Notes under the pieces: model-generated
What the model saw: the letters and a program-made list of their open reading frames with translations, nothing else
Told to the model about the DNA's origin: nothing
The model's database searches: none
Part shown: positions 39,154 through 49,792 of the stretch, piece after piece
Layout of the letters: every line of letters starts with the position of its first letter
How positions within the stretch are numbered: the first letter of the stretch is position 1
Position numbers and translations under genes: made by a program
NCBI GenBank assembly: GCA_004552155.1
Contig: SFPF01000025.1
Span: forward strand, 1-61,165
DNA: 61,165 nucleotides
Direction of reading: 5' to 3'
DNA from: Bacteroidales bacterium
GTDB lineage: Bacteria > Bacteroidota > Bacteroidia > Bacteroidales > Bacteroidaceae

Positions 39154-39960
39154 ATGAAAAACTTTGATTGCAAAAGATATTGGCTCGTACTCAAGCAAAA
39201 CGTCATTCAGGGCCGCAAGCGCTTTCTTTCCTCCTACGCCGGCGTGTTTCTCGGCTTGTTCCTCACCTTTATGTGCATAAGCATCGGCACTCGCTCCAAT
39301 CCATGCTACAACTACACGCAAAACGGCGTGGCCCTAACCTTCTGCGTGTTCATGCTGGGCTGCCTGGTTTTCGGTAGCGCGGTCCTGGGCCACCTCGACT
39401 CCAAGACCGCCCGTATCACCGCCCTGATGCTGCCCGCCACCAACTTGGAGAAATTCCTCGTACGCCTCACGCTCTGCCTGCCCGTCTACTGGGTGCTCTA
39501 CGTCCCCGTGTTCCTCGCGGCCGACGCTGCGCAAATGCTCACAACCGAGGTGATTGGCGGCAATGGGCAGTGGATCGCGCCCGTACTGTGGCAGGAACTG
39601 GCCAACTTCGGCGACTTCCTCAACAGCAGCGCCATACAAATCGGCGATAGGGCCTATTACGTGCTGTGGTCCATCATCGCCTTCTGTACGCTCACCTATG
39701 CCGTCTACATTTTCGGCAGCGCTGTGTTCCGCAAGCGGGCGTTCATTCTCACGAGCGTGGTGCTCTTCGCCGCTAACATACTGAGCGGATACATGTTGCT
39801 AAGCATTGACACGCGCGAATTCCAATTAAAGATGGGCGAAGACTTTACAGGTATCCTCTTCATCGTTCTGATGTTTGCCGGCGCGGCAGGCCTCGTATTT
39901 GCCTCCTACAAACTCTTCTGCCGCATGCAAGTTGTTGTACCTAAACTTTTTGGAAAATGA
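39154..39960 (+). CDS. Membrane protein, probable ABC permease
   Basis: About six TM segments and a LMLPATNLEKF motif; lies between the ATPase and GntR genes. Confidence 0.75.
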   Translation: MKNFDCKRYWLVLKQNVIQGRKRFLSSYAGVFLGLFLTFMCISIGTRSNPCYNYTQNGVALTFCVFMLGCLVFGSAVLGHLDSKTARITALMLPATNLEKFLVRLTLCLPVYWVLYVPVFLAADAAQMLTTEVIGGNGQWIAPVLWQELANFGDFLNSSAIQIGDRAYYVLWSIIAFCTLTYAVYIFGSAVFRKRAFILTSVVLFAANILSGYMLLSIDTREFQLKMGEDFTGILFIVLMFAGAAGLVFASYKLFCRMQVVVPKLFGK

Positions 39961-40319
39961 TATTTTCAGACAACATACCGATATTTGTACAGATAGCCGA
40001 GCGGCTTTCCGACGAAATCCTGGCCGGCAACTACGCAGAAGGCGAGCGCGTGCCAAGCGTAAGGGAATATTCCGTGCTGCTCGAGGTAAACGTGAACACT
40101 ACGGTGAAAGCCTACGACCTGCTCTCCTCGCGCGGCGTGCTGCTGATGAAGCGCGGCATGGGCTATTTTGTGAGCGAAGGGGCGGCGCAGCACATCCTCG
40201 AAGAACGCCGCGGCGAACTTTTGCAGAAAAAAATTCCGGAACTCGTGAAGCAAATGCAGCTTTTGCGCGTCAAAGTTGCAGACGTAGCGGAAGCAATGCG
40301 CCAATGCGGGGCGGAATAA
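39957..40319 (+). CDS. GntR family regulator (YtrA-like)
   Basis: PIFVQIAE, RVPSVRE...VNVNTTVKAY, KRGMGYFV; short C-terminus. Confidence 0.92.
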   Translation: MIFSDNIPIFVQIAERLSDEILAGNYAEGERVPSVREYSVLLEVNVNTTVKAYDLLSSRGVLLMKRGMGYFVSEGAAQHILEERRGELLQKKIPELVKQMQLLRVKVADVAEAMRQCGAE

Positions 40320-40351
40320 TGAACAAGTCCAACCCATAATTTGGGCGGAAA

Positions 40352-40443
40352 GTAGGGGCGTTTTGCAAAACGCCCGAGAAACAATTGCCACATTGATTTT
40401 GCAATGCTACGCACACGGCGGGCGTTTTGCAAAACGCCCCTAC
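40352..40443. repeat. GTAG-family REP doublet (REPIN-like)
   Basis: GTAGGGGCGTTTTGCAAAACGCCC at 40352 and its exact reverse complement at 40420, with a 44-bp spacer. Confidence 0.8.
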
Positions 40444-40542
40444 TCGCCCACACAACGCAAGCGGTTTTTATGGCTTTGGGTCATAATCCAACAAACCATA
40501 TAGCCCAACGCAAATTCACCAATAACAATCTATAATATCCCT

Positions 40543-42921
40543 ATGAACTTATTTCTGAAAACACTCGCGGCACACTGTCTCTTGCTTCTCCCGGCAGCAG
40601 CAGCCTTTGCCCAAAAGACGGGCGGCGGCACCGTGGCCGACATAAAGGACCAACCCATAGCCTTTGCCAACATCGTGCTCCTCACAAAGGCCGACTCCAC
40701 CATCATCACCGGCGTAACCGCCAAAGAGGACGGCACATTCAGCATCAGTCTGCCCCAAAAGCCATGCCTCGTGCGCCTCACCTCCCTGGGCTACCGCACG
40801 CTCACGCTGCCCGCCGACACGCTGCTCCACCGCCCGCGCCTGCTGCTCGAAAGCACCGACTCGCTGCTGGGCGAAGCCGTGGTGTCGGCACGCCGCCCCA
40901 TCTCGCGCCTCGAAGCGGGCGCTATCGTCACAACGGTCGAGAACACCGTGCTCTCTAAGTCGGGAAACGCAAAAGATTTGCTTTCGCGAGTGCCCGGCCT
41001 CAACAAGACGAGCGACGACAACATCGAGGTACTCGGCAAAGGCACGCCGCTCTTCTACATCAACGGGCGCGAAATGCGCGACCCGAAGGAACTGGAACGC
41101 CTGCGCTCGGAGGACATCAAGAGCGTAGAGGTGATCCAAAACCCCGGAGCGCGCTACGACTCGAGCGTCGGCGCGGTGGTTCGCATCCGCACCGTGAAAC
41201 GAGCCGGCGACGGCTTCGGAGTAGATGCCATCGCCAATTTCTATCAGGCTTTCTACCCCAAAGAGTCGGGACAGCTCAATATGCGCTATCGCCATAAAGG
41301 ACTGGAACTCTTCGCTGAGGGAAATTTCACGCAGTGGAAAACAAAATCGACCTCCCAGACGGTGCAAACGATTTTCAGCGACCACACTTGGCAACAGGAC
41401 TTCACGCAGCGCATCTGCTTCGACTATAAGCGCGTGAATGCTACCGCCGGCTTCAACCTCGACCTCAAAGGCGAAAGCTCGCTCGGCATGCGCTACGCTT
41501 ACGACCGCCAGTTGCCCTTCAAGGCCTCGGGCAACCTGAACAGCCAGGTATTCGAGGACGGAGCGCCGAGCGACGTGCTGCGCTCTGAAATATTGATGAA
41601 CCACGAAGCAGAGCCCACGCATCAGCTCAATGCCTACTACTACGGCAAGTTTGGCAAGCAGGAACTCAACATCGACGCCGACTTCTACATGCAGCGCGCC
41701 AACCAGTCGCAAACGAGCGACGAGGAGAGCCAAACTGCCGACGACCGCAAGGTTGATACCGACAACCCCATCAAAAGCATAACGGGCGCAGCCAAAATCC
41801 ATTACGGCGTGCCGCTTGGCGGAGGCAAGTTCGGCGTAGGCGTGCAGGCGAGCCTCACAGACCGCACGGACGACTACATCGTGAAAAACGCCACGGAAGA
41901 AACAGCCTCGTGGGGCGTGCAAAGCTCCAGCACGGAACTGCGCCAGCAGGCCGTGGCAGGCTATGCCGAGTACGCCCGCAACATCAAGAAGTGGAACTTC
42001 TCGGCAGGACTGCGCTTCGAGCACGTGTCGTTCGACTATTTCGCCAACAACGTGAAGCAGCCCGGCCAATGCCGCACCTACGACAATTTCTTCCCGAAAC
42101 TTAGCCTCGCCGGCCCTGTGGGGAAAACACAGCTCATGCTTTCGTATAGTTCCACCACCCAGCGTCCGTCATACAACCACCTCTCGAACAACGTGACCTA
42201 TGCCAACCGCTACGTGATGCAAGGCGGCAATCCCTATCTGCGCCCCTCATTCACGCACAGCGTATCGGCGGTGTCGGTGTGGAAGTTCCTGCAAGCAAAC
42301 GTCACGTTCCAGCAGGTGAAAGATGCGGTCATCATGTGGGCGGAGCGTGTGCCGGGCAACAGTTCTGCGGTAAAGATTTCCAACATCAACAAGTCCTTTC
42401 CCACGCTGAGCGCCTCCGTGTCGGTATCGCCCGTCATCAAGAAAATATGGCACCCCACGTGGACGCTCTACCTCATGAAGCAGTGGTTTGAGATGTCGAT
42501 GGACGGACTGGGCACGGTGAAGTCGAAAAACCCCATATTCAACGGTTCATGGAGCAACAGTTTCGAGTTGCCGAAAAAGTACACCGTGATGCTCGACATG
42601 GGCTACTCCTCTGCCGGTAACTATCAGAACGCCCGCCTCACCCGCCGCGACCTCTTCCAACTGAGCCTCGGCCTGCGCAAGTCGTGGTTCAAAGATCAGC
42701 TCACGCTCACCGTGCGCGGCTACAACTTGCTCAACAAGAACCAATGGGATAACACGATTTATACCAATCTCACGCAAATCCGCCAGTCCTCCATCAGCGA
42801 AGGCCGCATGCTGGGCGTAACCCTGCAATGGCGATTTAACGCCTCCCACAGCCGCTATCGCGGACAGGGCGCAGGCAGCGGCGAGATACAGCGCCTTTCC
42901 TCGGGCAGCAACAAGCAATAA
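40543..42921 (+). CDS. TonB-dependent-receptor-like outer membrane beta-barrel protein
   Basis: Signal peptide, N-terminal carboxypeptidase-regulatory-like segment, plug motif IKSVEVIQNPGARYD, GNPYLRPS, C-terminal QWRFN. Confidence 0.8.
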   Translation: MNLFLKTLAAHCLLLLPAAAAFAQKTGGGTVADIKDQPIAFANIVLLTKADSTIITGVTAKEDGTFSISLPQKPCLVRLTSLGYRTLTLPADTLLHRPRLLLESTDSLLGEAVVSARRPISRLEAGAIVTTVENTVLSKSGNAKDLLSRVPGLNKTSDDNIEVLGKGTPLFYINGREMRDPKELERLRSEDIKSVEVIQNPGARYDSSVGAVVRIRTVKRAGDGFGVDAIANFYQAFYPKESGQLNMRYRHKGLELFAEGNFTQWKTKSTSQTVQTIFSDHTWQQDFTQRICFDYKRVNATAGFNLDLKGESSLGMRYAYDRQLPFKASGNLNSQVFEDGAPSDVLRSEILMNHEAEPTHQLNAYYYGKFGKQELNIDADFYMQRANQSQTSDEESQTADDRKVDTDNPIKSITGAAKIHYGVPLGGGKFGVGVQASLTDRTDDYIVKNATEETASWGVQSSSTELRQQAVAGYAEYARNIKKWNFSAGLRFEHVSFDYFANNVKQPGQCRTYDNFFPKLSLAGPVGKTQLMLSYSSTTQRPSYNHLSNNVTYANRYVMQGGNPYLRPSFTHSVSAVSVWKFLQANVTFQQVKDAVIMWAERVPGNSSAVKISNINKSFPTLSASVSVSPVIKKIWHPTWTLYLMKQWFEMSMDGLGTVKSKNPIFNGSWSNSFELPKKYTVMLDMGYSSAGNYQNARLTRRDLFQLSLGLRKSWFKDQLTLTVRGYNLLNKNQWDNTIYTNLTQIRQSSISEGRMLGVTLQWRFNASHSRYRGQGAGSGEIQRLSSGSNKQ

Positions 42922-42950
42922 ACCCTAACATAAACCTTTAATTAAACAGC

Positions 42951-42988
42951 AAGCTCCGCAGCGCACACCCGGCGCTACGGAGCTTTTC
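42951..42988. terminator. Terminator between convergent genes
   Basis: AAGCTCCGCAGCGC...GCGCTACGGAGCTT followed by TT. Confidence 0.6.
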
Positions 42989-43027
42989 ATTATGAAAAAG
43001 AAATTTGATTGATAAGGTTCGCTCTAC

Positions 43028-43492
43028 TTAGGCAATGGTAAGCAGCGTGGTGCCTTCCATCACGCTGTCGCCTGCTGCCACGCATACGGCGGACACTGTG
43101 CCGGCAGATTCGGCGCAGATGTTGTTTTCCATCTTCATGGCTTCGAGCACGAGCACCACGTCGCCAGCCTTCACGGCCTGACCTGCTACTACGTTGATCT
43201 TCGTCACAACGCCGGGCAGAGGTGCTTTCACGGGCGTGCCGTTGCCCGGTGCGCTCTTGCCTGCTGCAGGTGCAGGGGCTGCGGCGGGCGTTTCGGCTGC
43301 CGGCTGTGCAGCGGGTGCGGGAGCGGCTGCGCCGGTAGCGCTTTCGGGCAGGTCTTCTTCAAGCAGCGAAGAGCCGTGCATCTGTACCTCAAAAGGCAGG
43401 CCGTTCACCTCAACCTGTGCCTTGTCGCCTTGGATGCCGCGAATGGTAACGTCGTACTCGGCACCGTTAATGGTATATTTGTATTGCTTCAT
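43028..43492 (-). CDS. Biotin carboxyl carrier protein
   Basis: Ala/Pro linker, APLPG, EAMKMEN biotinylation motif. Confidence 0.92.
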   Translation of the reverse strand: MKQYKYTINGAEYDVTIRGIQGDKAQVEVNGLPFEVQMHGSSLLEEDLPESATGAAAPAPAAQPAAETPAAAPAPAAGKSAPGNGTPVKAPLPGVVTKINVVAGQAVKAGDVVLVLEAMKMENNICAESAGTVSAVCVAAGDSVMEGTTLLTIA

Positions 43493-43536
43493 CTTTTTGA
43501 ATCGTTTTTTTAGAAATTATTGTTTACGGAGCAGCA

Positions 43537-43800
43537 TTAAAGCCTGTTCATCAGCTGCGAAGGGTGGTTCCAGCTGCTTTCGTGCTGTTGGAGGGTAATG
43601 ACGCCGGTTTCGTCGTCGTGCACCACTTCCACCTCGTGCTCAATCAGCGCGAGGGCAATGGCCGCAGCGTAGGCGGGCATGCGTTCCTCGCTCACTTCCG
43701 GGTGCTCGCCGTCGACGAGGAGGTCGGCAATCGTGCCTTCGCGGTCGTCGAGGCGAATGCTCACGGCGTGGCCGTTGATTTGATATTGAAAAGTTTTCAT
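43537..43800 (-). CDS. Small accessory subunit resembling the cytoplasmic tail of OadG/MmdD
   Basis: AAAIALAL...VHDDETGVIT...SSWN motif; located between the carboxyltransferase and BCCP genes. Confidence 0.55.
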   Translation of the reverse strand: MKTFQYQINGHAVSIRLDDREGTIADLLVDGEHPEVSEERMPAYAAAIALALIEHEVEVVHDDETGVITLQQHESSWNHPSQLMNRL

Positions 43801-43821
43801 TGCTTGCTTTTTGCCTTTTGT

Positions 43822-45375
43822 TTACAAGGGGATATTGCCGTGCTTCTTGGCGGGACGCGTTTCGCGCTTATTGGCCAGCTGCGCGAGGGCGCGGCAGATG
43901 CGGAAGCGCGTATTGCGCGGTTCGATTACATCATCAACATAACCGAATTCGGCTGCCTTGTAGGGGTTGGTGAAGAGGTCGTTGTATTCCTTTTCCTTCT
44001 CGGCGAGGAATGCCTTGGGATCTTCCTTCGTCTTAGCTTCCTTACCGTCGAGAATTGCCACGGCGCCCGATGCGCCCATTACGGCAATTTCGGCAGAGGG
44101 CCAAGCGTAGTTGAGGTCGGCACGGAGCTGCTTACAGCCCATCACGATGTGCGAGCCGCCGTAGCTCTTACGGAGCGTCACGGTCACCTTGGGCACTGTG
44201 GCTTCGCCGTAGGCATAGAGCAGTTTTGCACCGTGGTCAATCACGGCGTTGTATTCCTGACCCGTTCCCGGCAGGAAGCCCGGCACGTCCACGAGGCTCA
44301 CGATGGGGATATTGAAGCAGTCGCAGAAGCGCACGAAGCGAGCCGCCTTGCGCGAGGCGTTGCAGTCGAGTACGCCGGCGTAAACGCTGGGCTGGTTGGC
44401 CACAACGCCCACGCTCTCGCCGTTGAAGCGGGCGAAACCGATGATAATGTTGCGGGCGAAGGAGCGCTGCACTTCCATGAACTCGCCATTGTCCACTACG
44501 GCCGAGATAACCTTATACATGTCGTAGGCCATGTTGGGGTTGTCGGGGATAATCTCGTTGAGGCTGTCTTCCTTGCGGTCGATGGGGTCGTTGCAGGCGA
44601 TGCGCGGGGCGCGTTCCATATTGTTCTGCGGCAGATAGGAGAGCAGGCGGCGGATAAGGGATGCGAACTCTTCTTCCGTCTTGGCCGTGAAGTGGCAAAC
44701 GCCGCTCTTCGTGGAGTGAACGCCTGCGCCGCCAAGGTCTTCCTGCGTCACGTCCTCGCCCGTCACGGTTTTCACCACCTTCGGACCAGTGAGGAACATG
44801 TAGCTCACGCCTTCGAGCATCACCACGAAGTCGGTGAGGGCAGGAGAATAAACCGCTCCGCCGGCGCACGGGCCGCAGATGCCGGATATTTGAGGCACTA
44901 CGCCGCTGGCCTCGATGTTGCGTTGGAAGATGTTGCCAAAACCGGCGAGGGCGTTGATGCCTTCCTGTATGCGTGCGCCGCCTGAGTCGTTAAGGCCGAT
45001 GCAGGGTACGCCCATCTTCATGCTCTGGTCCATCACTTTGCAGATTTTCTCTGCCATCGTTTCGGAGAGCGAGCCGCCGTTTACGGTGAAGTCCTGTGCA
45101 AACACATAGACGAGGCGACCGTTGATTGTGCCGCTGCCGGCTACCACGCCATCGCCGAGGAACTGCTTCTTCTCCATGCCGAAATAGTGACAGCGGTGAA
45201 GTTTGAACATGTCCATTTCCTCAAACGAGCCTTTGTCGAGCAGCATGTCGATGCGCTCGCGTGCGGTGGCCTTGCCTTTTTCGTGTTGCTTCTCAATCGC
45301 TTTTTCCCCGCCGCCAAGGCGTGCCTTCTGGCGGAGTTCCACGAGTTGCTTGATTTTCTTTAATTGTTCACTCAT
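43822..45375 (-). CDS. Acyl-CoA carboxyltransferase (methylmalonyl-CoA decarboxylase alpha / PccB-like)
   Basis: [48 protein letters not shown]. Confidence 0.92.
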   Translation of the reverse strand: MSEQLKKIKQLVELRQKARLGGGEKAIEKQHEKGKATARERIDMLLDKGSFEEMDMFKLHRCHYFGMEKKQFLGDGVVAGSGTINGRLVYVFAQDFTVNGGSLSETMAEKICKVMDQSMKMGVPCIGLNDSGGARIQEGINALAGFGNIFQRNIEASGVVPQISGICGPCAGGAVYSPALTDFVVMLEGVSYMFLTGPKVVKTVTGEDVTQEDLGGAGVHSTKSGVCHFTAKTEEEFASLIRRLLSYLPQNNMERAPRIACNDPIDRKEDSLNEIIPDNPNMAYDMYKVISAVVDNGEFMEVQRSFARNIIIGFARFNGESVGVVANQPSVYAGVLDCNASRKAARFVRFCDCFNIPIVSLVDVPGFLPGTGQEYNAVIDHGAKLLYAYGEATVPKVTVTLRKSYGGSHIVMGCKQLRADLNYAWPSAEIAVMGASGAVAILDGKEAKTKEDPKAFLAEKEKEYNDLFTNPYKAAEFGYVDDVIEPRNTRFRICRALAQLANKRETRPAKKHGNIPL

Positions 45376-45659
45376 AATGTGTAATTGTGTGATGATTTCT
45401 ATTCGGGCGAGATACACAATATTATATATATGTATCTCAAAGCGGGGCAAAGTTATGAAAAAAACGGCACACTTATAGGGGATTTTGTGCGATTTCGCGC
45501 ATTTGCTGCGCAGAAAGTCTGCAAAAGTAACAGAAGTTTAGATAATTTATGTACGGAAATAGTTTCAGAAAATCGAAAACATTGTATTTTTGCAACCGAG
45601 AGGTTTGCCTCTTTTCTATAATTAAAGAATTATCCACCTAAAACTAGAACTTATCCATT

Positions 45660-45950
45660 ATGAAGAAGTTAATGATGCTTGCCGCCATGGCAATTTTCTG
45701 CGTCAGCATGAACGCGCAGGAACCTCAGAAGAAAGAATGTTGCAAGAAGGAAAAAACCGAATGCTGCGACAAGAAGGACAAGAAAGAATGCAAGAAGGAC
45801 TGCAAGAAAGAATGCAAGAAAGATTGCAAGCAGGCTTGCGACAAAGCTAAATGCGGCGATTGCAAAAAAGATTGCGCCAAGAAGGACTGCAAAAAAGCTT
45901 GCAACAAGGCAAAGAAAGGCGATTGCAAGAAGAACTGCAACAAGAAATAA
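45660..45950 (+). CDS. Small secreted Cys/Lys-rich protein
   Basis: Signal peptide ending MNA-Q; 16 Cys in the mature part, mostly CKK(D/E) repeats; own TATTTTTG promoter element (45585) and downstream hairpin. Confidence 0.8.
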   Translation: MKKLMMLAAMAIFCVSMNAQEPQKKECCKKEKTECCDKKDKKECKKDCKKECKKDCKQACDKAKCGDCKKDCAKKDCKKACNKAKKGDCKKNCNKK

Positions 45951-46128
45951 TTTTTTCTTGAAATCCATACTGTATAAAGAGGATGGGCAAAAGCCCCTCC
46001 TCTTTTTCGTTGCAACCATCCCGTCGCGTTTCGCCAGTTCTCCGTATCCCCGACCTGCCTTTTAGAGCGCCTCAAAAGTCTTTTACAGCCCCCGACTGCA
46101 AAGACTTTTCAAAAAAATACACACTTTT

Positions 46129-46159
46129 TTTGCGCTTTCAGAAAAACGCTATATCTTTG
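46129..46159 (+). promoter_or_regulatory. Bacteroidetes -33/-7 promoter for susC
   Basis: TTTG (46129), 19-bp spacer, TATCTTTG (46152). Confidence 0.65.
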
Positions 46160-46263
46160 CCAGGACAAATTATCTGCGCAGAAAGGTGACAAAGGGTCCG
46201 ACTTTCACCGCAGACAAGCACATCAGTTTTTTTTACGGACTCATCCTTAAATCTATTTTCTAT

Positions 46264-49200
46264 ATGCTTAAACCCATTAAATCTGTCAGCATGGCGCTTA
46301 TGGCAGCAGCAATAACGGGCATGCCCCTGTTTGCCGCCCCCGTTGAAGCCCATGCCGAGGTTGCCGCTGTGCAACAGGCAGGCGTTGTTAAAGGCGTTAT
46401 CAAAGATGATGCCGGACAGCCGGCTATCGGTGCCGTTGTCTTTGTAGTGGGCACGAAAAACTCAGCCACTACCGACGTTGACGGTACGTTTACATTAAAG
46501 AATGTGCAGAAGGGCGCAACCATCCGCATTTCCCTGATTGGCTATAAGCGTCAGGATGTTAAGTGGGACGGCGGTGCCCTTAATGTTACCCTTGAAAGTC
46601 TTGACAACTCCTTTGAAGAAGTAGTCGTTACCGCCATGGGTATCGCTCGTAAGGAAAAATCGCTTACCTACGCTACGCAGCAGATTAAGAACGACGAGTT
46701 CATGAAGGTACAAGACCCCAACCTCGTGAATTCTATCGAAGGTAAGGTTTCAGGTGTTACCATCACCCCCAGCGCAGGTGGTGCGGGCGGTGCTTCCAAG
46801 ATTATCCTCCGCGGTAACAAGTCTATCATGGGTAACAACCAGCCGCTCATTGTTGTGGACGGTATACCTATGACCAACAACACCCGCGGCCAAATGGACG
46901 GCTCGGGCGATATCGCTGTGCTCAACTCCACCGCCGTGAGCGAAGGTTCCGACCCCCTCTCTCAGATTAACCCCGACGACATTGAGTCGATGAACATTCT
47001 GAAAGGTGCTAACGCCGCCGCCCTCTACGGTAGGTGCTAACGCCGCCGCCCTCTACGGTTCGGCTGCCGCCAACGGTGTCGTGATGATTACAACAAAGAA
47101 AGGTAAGGAAGGCAAGCTCGACGTAAACTTCACCTCGAACGTCACCTTCGACACGCCGCTCCTAACGCCTGAAATACAAAACCGTTACGGCGCAGCCATC
47201 AACGGCACAAGCATCGGCATGAACAGCTGGGGACCCGCCCTCGGCAACACCAACAACCACTACACGCTGCGCAGCGCCGACGGCAAGGAAGTGTACCTGC
47301 GTGACAAGGCATACGATGATATTAGCGATTTCTACCGCCTCGGCGTCACCACGAACAACTCCATCTCGCTCTCGGGCGGTACGGAAAAGATTCGCACCTA
47401 CGTGTCTTACGCCAACTCGCACGCCAACGGTATGATCCGCACGAACAACTACAACCGTAACACGTTCGCCTTCCGCCAGTCATACAAATTCTTCAATCGC
47501 GTGACTATTGACGTGAATGCCAACTATGTGCAGACGGTGACGAGAAATCGTACCTCCGGCGGTTTTGTGCTTAACCCCATCTACGACCTTTATACCGCTC
47601 CGCGCAATGTGGATATGCGTTATTATAAGGACAACTATCAGGGCTATGGCACCTGGAAGTCTAATTCCCAACCAGGCTGGCTCATGGATCCCTCAAAGGG
47701 CGACAATTTTGTGTGGGGCAGCAAGACCTATCAACTTACCGGTCCCATGCAGCAGTGGGCCATCAACAACGCCGGTAACAACAACCCCTATTGGCTCATG
47801 AATATGAACCAAGGCAAGGACAAGGAAGACCGTTTCTACGGTTACTTCCAAGGAAAGGTTGACATCTGGGACGGTCTTGCTTTCCAGGCTCGCGTATCGC
47901 TCGACCACACGAAATTCAGTTCCGAAAGCCATCGCTATGCCACCACGCAGTTACCCAGCTCTATGGACGACTTCGGACACTACTGGTTGAACAATCAAAA
48001 GGCCAATGAACTCTATACCGACTACCTCCTCAGCTACAACAAGACTTTTGGCGACTGGAGCGTTTCGGCTACCGCCGGTTGGGTAGGTCACACTCGCAAA
48101 ACCGAAACAATCAGCACTGACGTGGTGGCCACGCAGTACGACGGCCAGCGCCGCGTACTGGCGGATGACAAAGTTGTTATCAACCGCTTCGAGGCCAACT
48201 CTGGAGACAAAGGGGCAACCACCAAGTCGGAGGGTTCCAACTGGGACAAGGCAGCCCTTGTTACGGCTCAGGTAGGTTGGAAGGACCTTATCTACGTGGA
48301 CGGTTCATACCGCCGCGACTGGTATCGCGCTTTCAAGCAGTTTGCTTACATGGGTACGCCCGACAACTATGGCTACTTCGGTTTCGGTGCCAACGCCATT
48401 CTTTCCTCGCTCTTCAAACTGCCCGAATGGTTCAACTATGCCAAGTATCGCCTGAGCTACTCAGAAGTGGGTAACTCTATTCCCAACAGCATTTACAACC
48501 TTGCTGTCAACAACAACGTACGCGGCACGACCACGCTCTCCGGCTACAACGATTTTTGGCCCATTCCCGAAAAGACCAAGTCGTTTGAAACAGGTTTGGA
48601 AATGCAGTTCTTAAACAACCGCCTCAATGCCGATATTACCTATTATAACTCGGCCATGCACAACTCCTACCTCGAAATAACCGGAACAAACGGGAAGGTA
48701 CAACCTGTCAACACGGGCGTTATCCGCAACCAGGGTGTTGAATTGACGCTCGGCTACGACTGGAAGATTTCTAAGGACTGGCGTTGGAAGACCTCTCTGA
48801 ACTTCTCCTTCAATAAGAACAAGATTGTCGAAACCTACCGAGACGAACAGGGCAATCCCAAGATGCTTACGCAGAGCCTTGCCGGCGTTCAGATACGTTA
48901 TATCGAAGGCGGTTCTTACGGCGATATGTACGTAAGCGACTTCCGCCGTTGGAAGACTGACGTTTATGCATTCACTGTAACTTGCGAGGGAGAGGCTGAA
49001 CCCATTACATTCTATTCTCCTTACCCCGACGCAACCATTAACGGTAACAGCCTGAAGGGTAGCACTGTCAATGAAGGCGGGATCGAATATCAGATTATAT
49101 CATCTCCCACAAAGGTTCATAGCGCTGGAGATATCTACGTAAACGAAGAAGGCAAACCGACTATCGATGGTAGCCAACGCTACGTTAATAGTTACGGAAC

Positions 49201-49780
49201 ACTCTCCAATACGCAAGGCAATCCTTACGGCAAGTATATCGGCAACATGAACTCCAAGTTCCAACTCGGTTGGTCGAATACGTTCTACTTTAAGGACTTC
49301 TCGCTCTACTTCCTCATCAACGGCCGTATCGGCGGTAAGGTGATATCTATGACCGAAGGCAAACTCGATGCTCTTGGACAGTCGCAGCGCACAGCCGACG
49401 CCCGCATGTATGCAGAGAACAACGGCATCTATGCCGACAACGGCCAGCTCGGTATGTACGTGCCCGACGGCAGCGGACAGATTGTTCCCATTCAGACATG
49501 GTATGAAACGGTTGGTCAAAACAATCCTGCCGATTACGTTTACAATGCCACCAACTTCCGCCTCCGCGAACTTTCTTTCGGTTACACATTCCGCAACCTC
49601 CTCGGCGACGGCAAGAACCTCACGGTATCGTTCATCGGACGTAACCTCTTCTTTATCTACAAGGACGCTCCCGTTGATCCCGACATCTCTCTCTCTAACG
49701 GTAACGGCCTCGGTGCTTTCGAGATTTTCAACCTCCCGTCTGCCCGTTCCTATGGTCTGAATCTCAAACTTAATTTCTAA
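46264..49780 (+). CDS. SusC/RagA TonB-dependent transporter (frameshifted by a 28-bp tandem duplication at 47004-47059)
   Basis: EEVVVTAMGI, IILRG, PLIVVDG, INPDDIESMNILKGANAAALYG, ANGVVMITTKKG, RLRELSFGY, C-terminal LKLNF. Confidence 0.93.
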
Positions 49781-49792
49781 GACGCAGAAATC

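Noticed and set aside
46060..46260. Invertible promoter or riboswitch upstream of susC
   Set aside because: No inverted repeats flank the promoter and the leader hairpin is weak; no recognisable aptamer.
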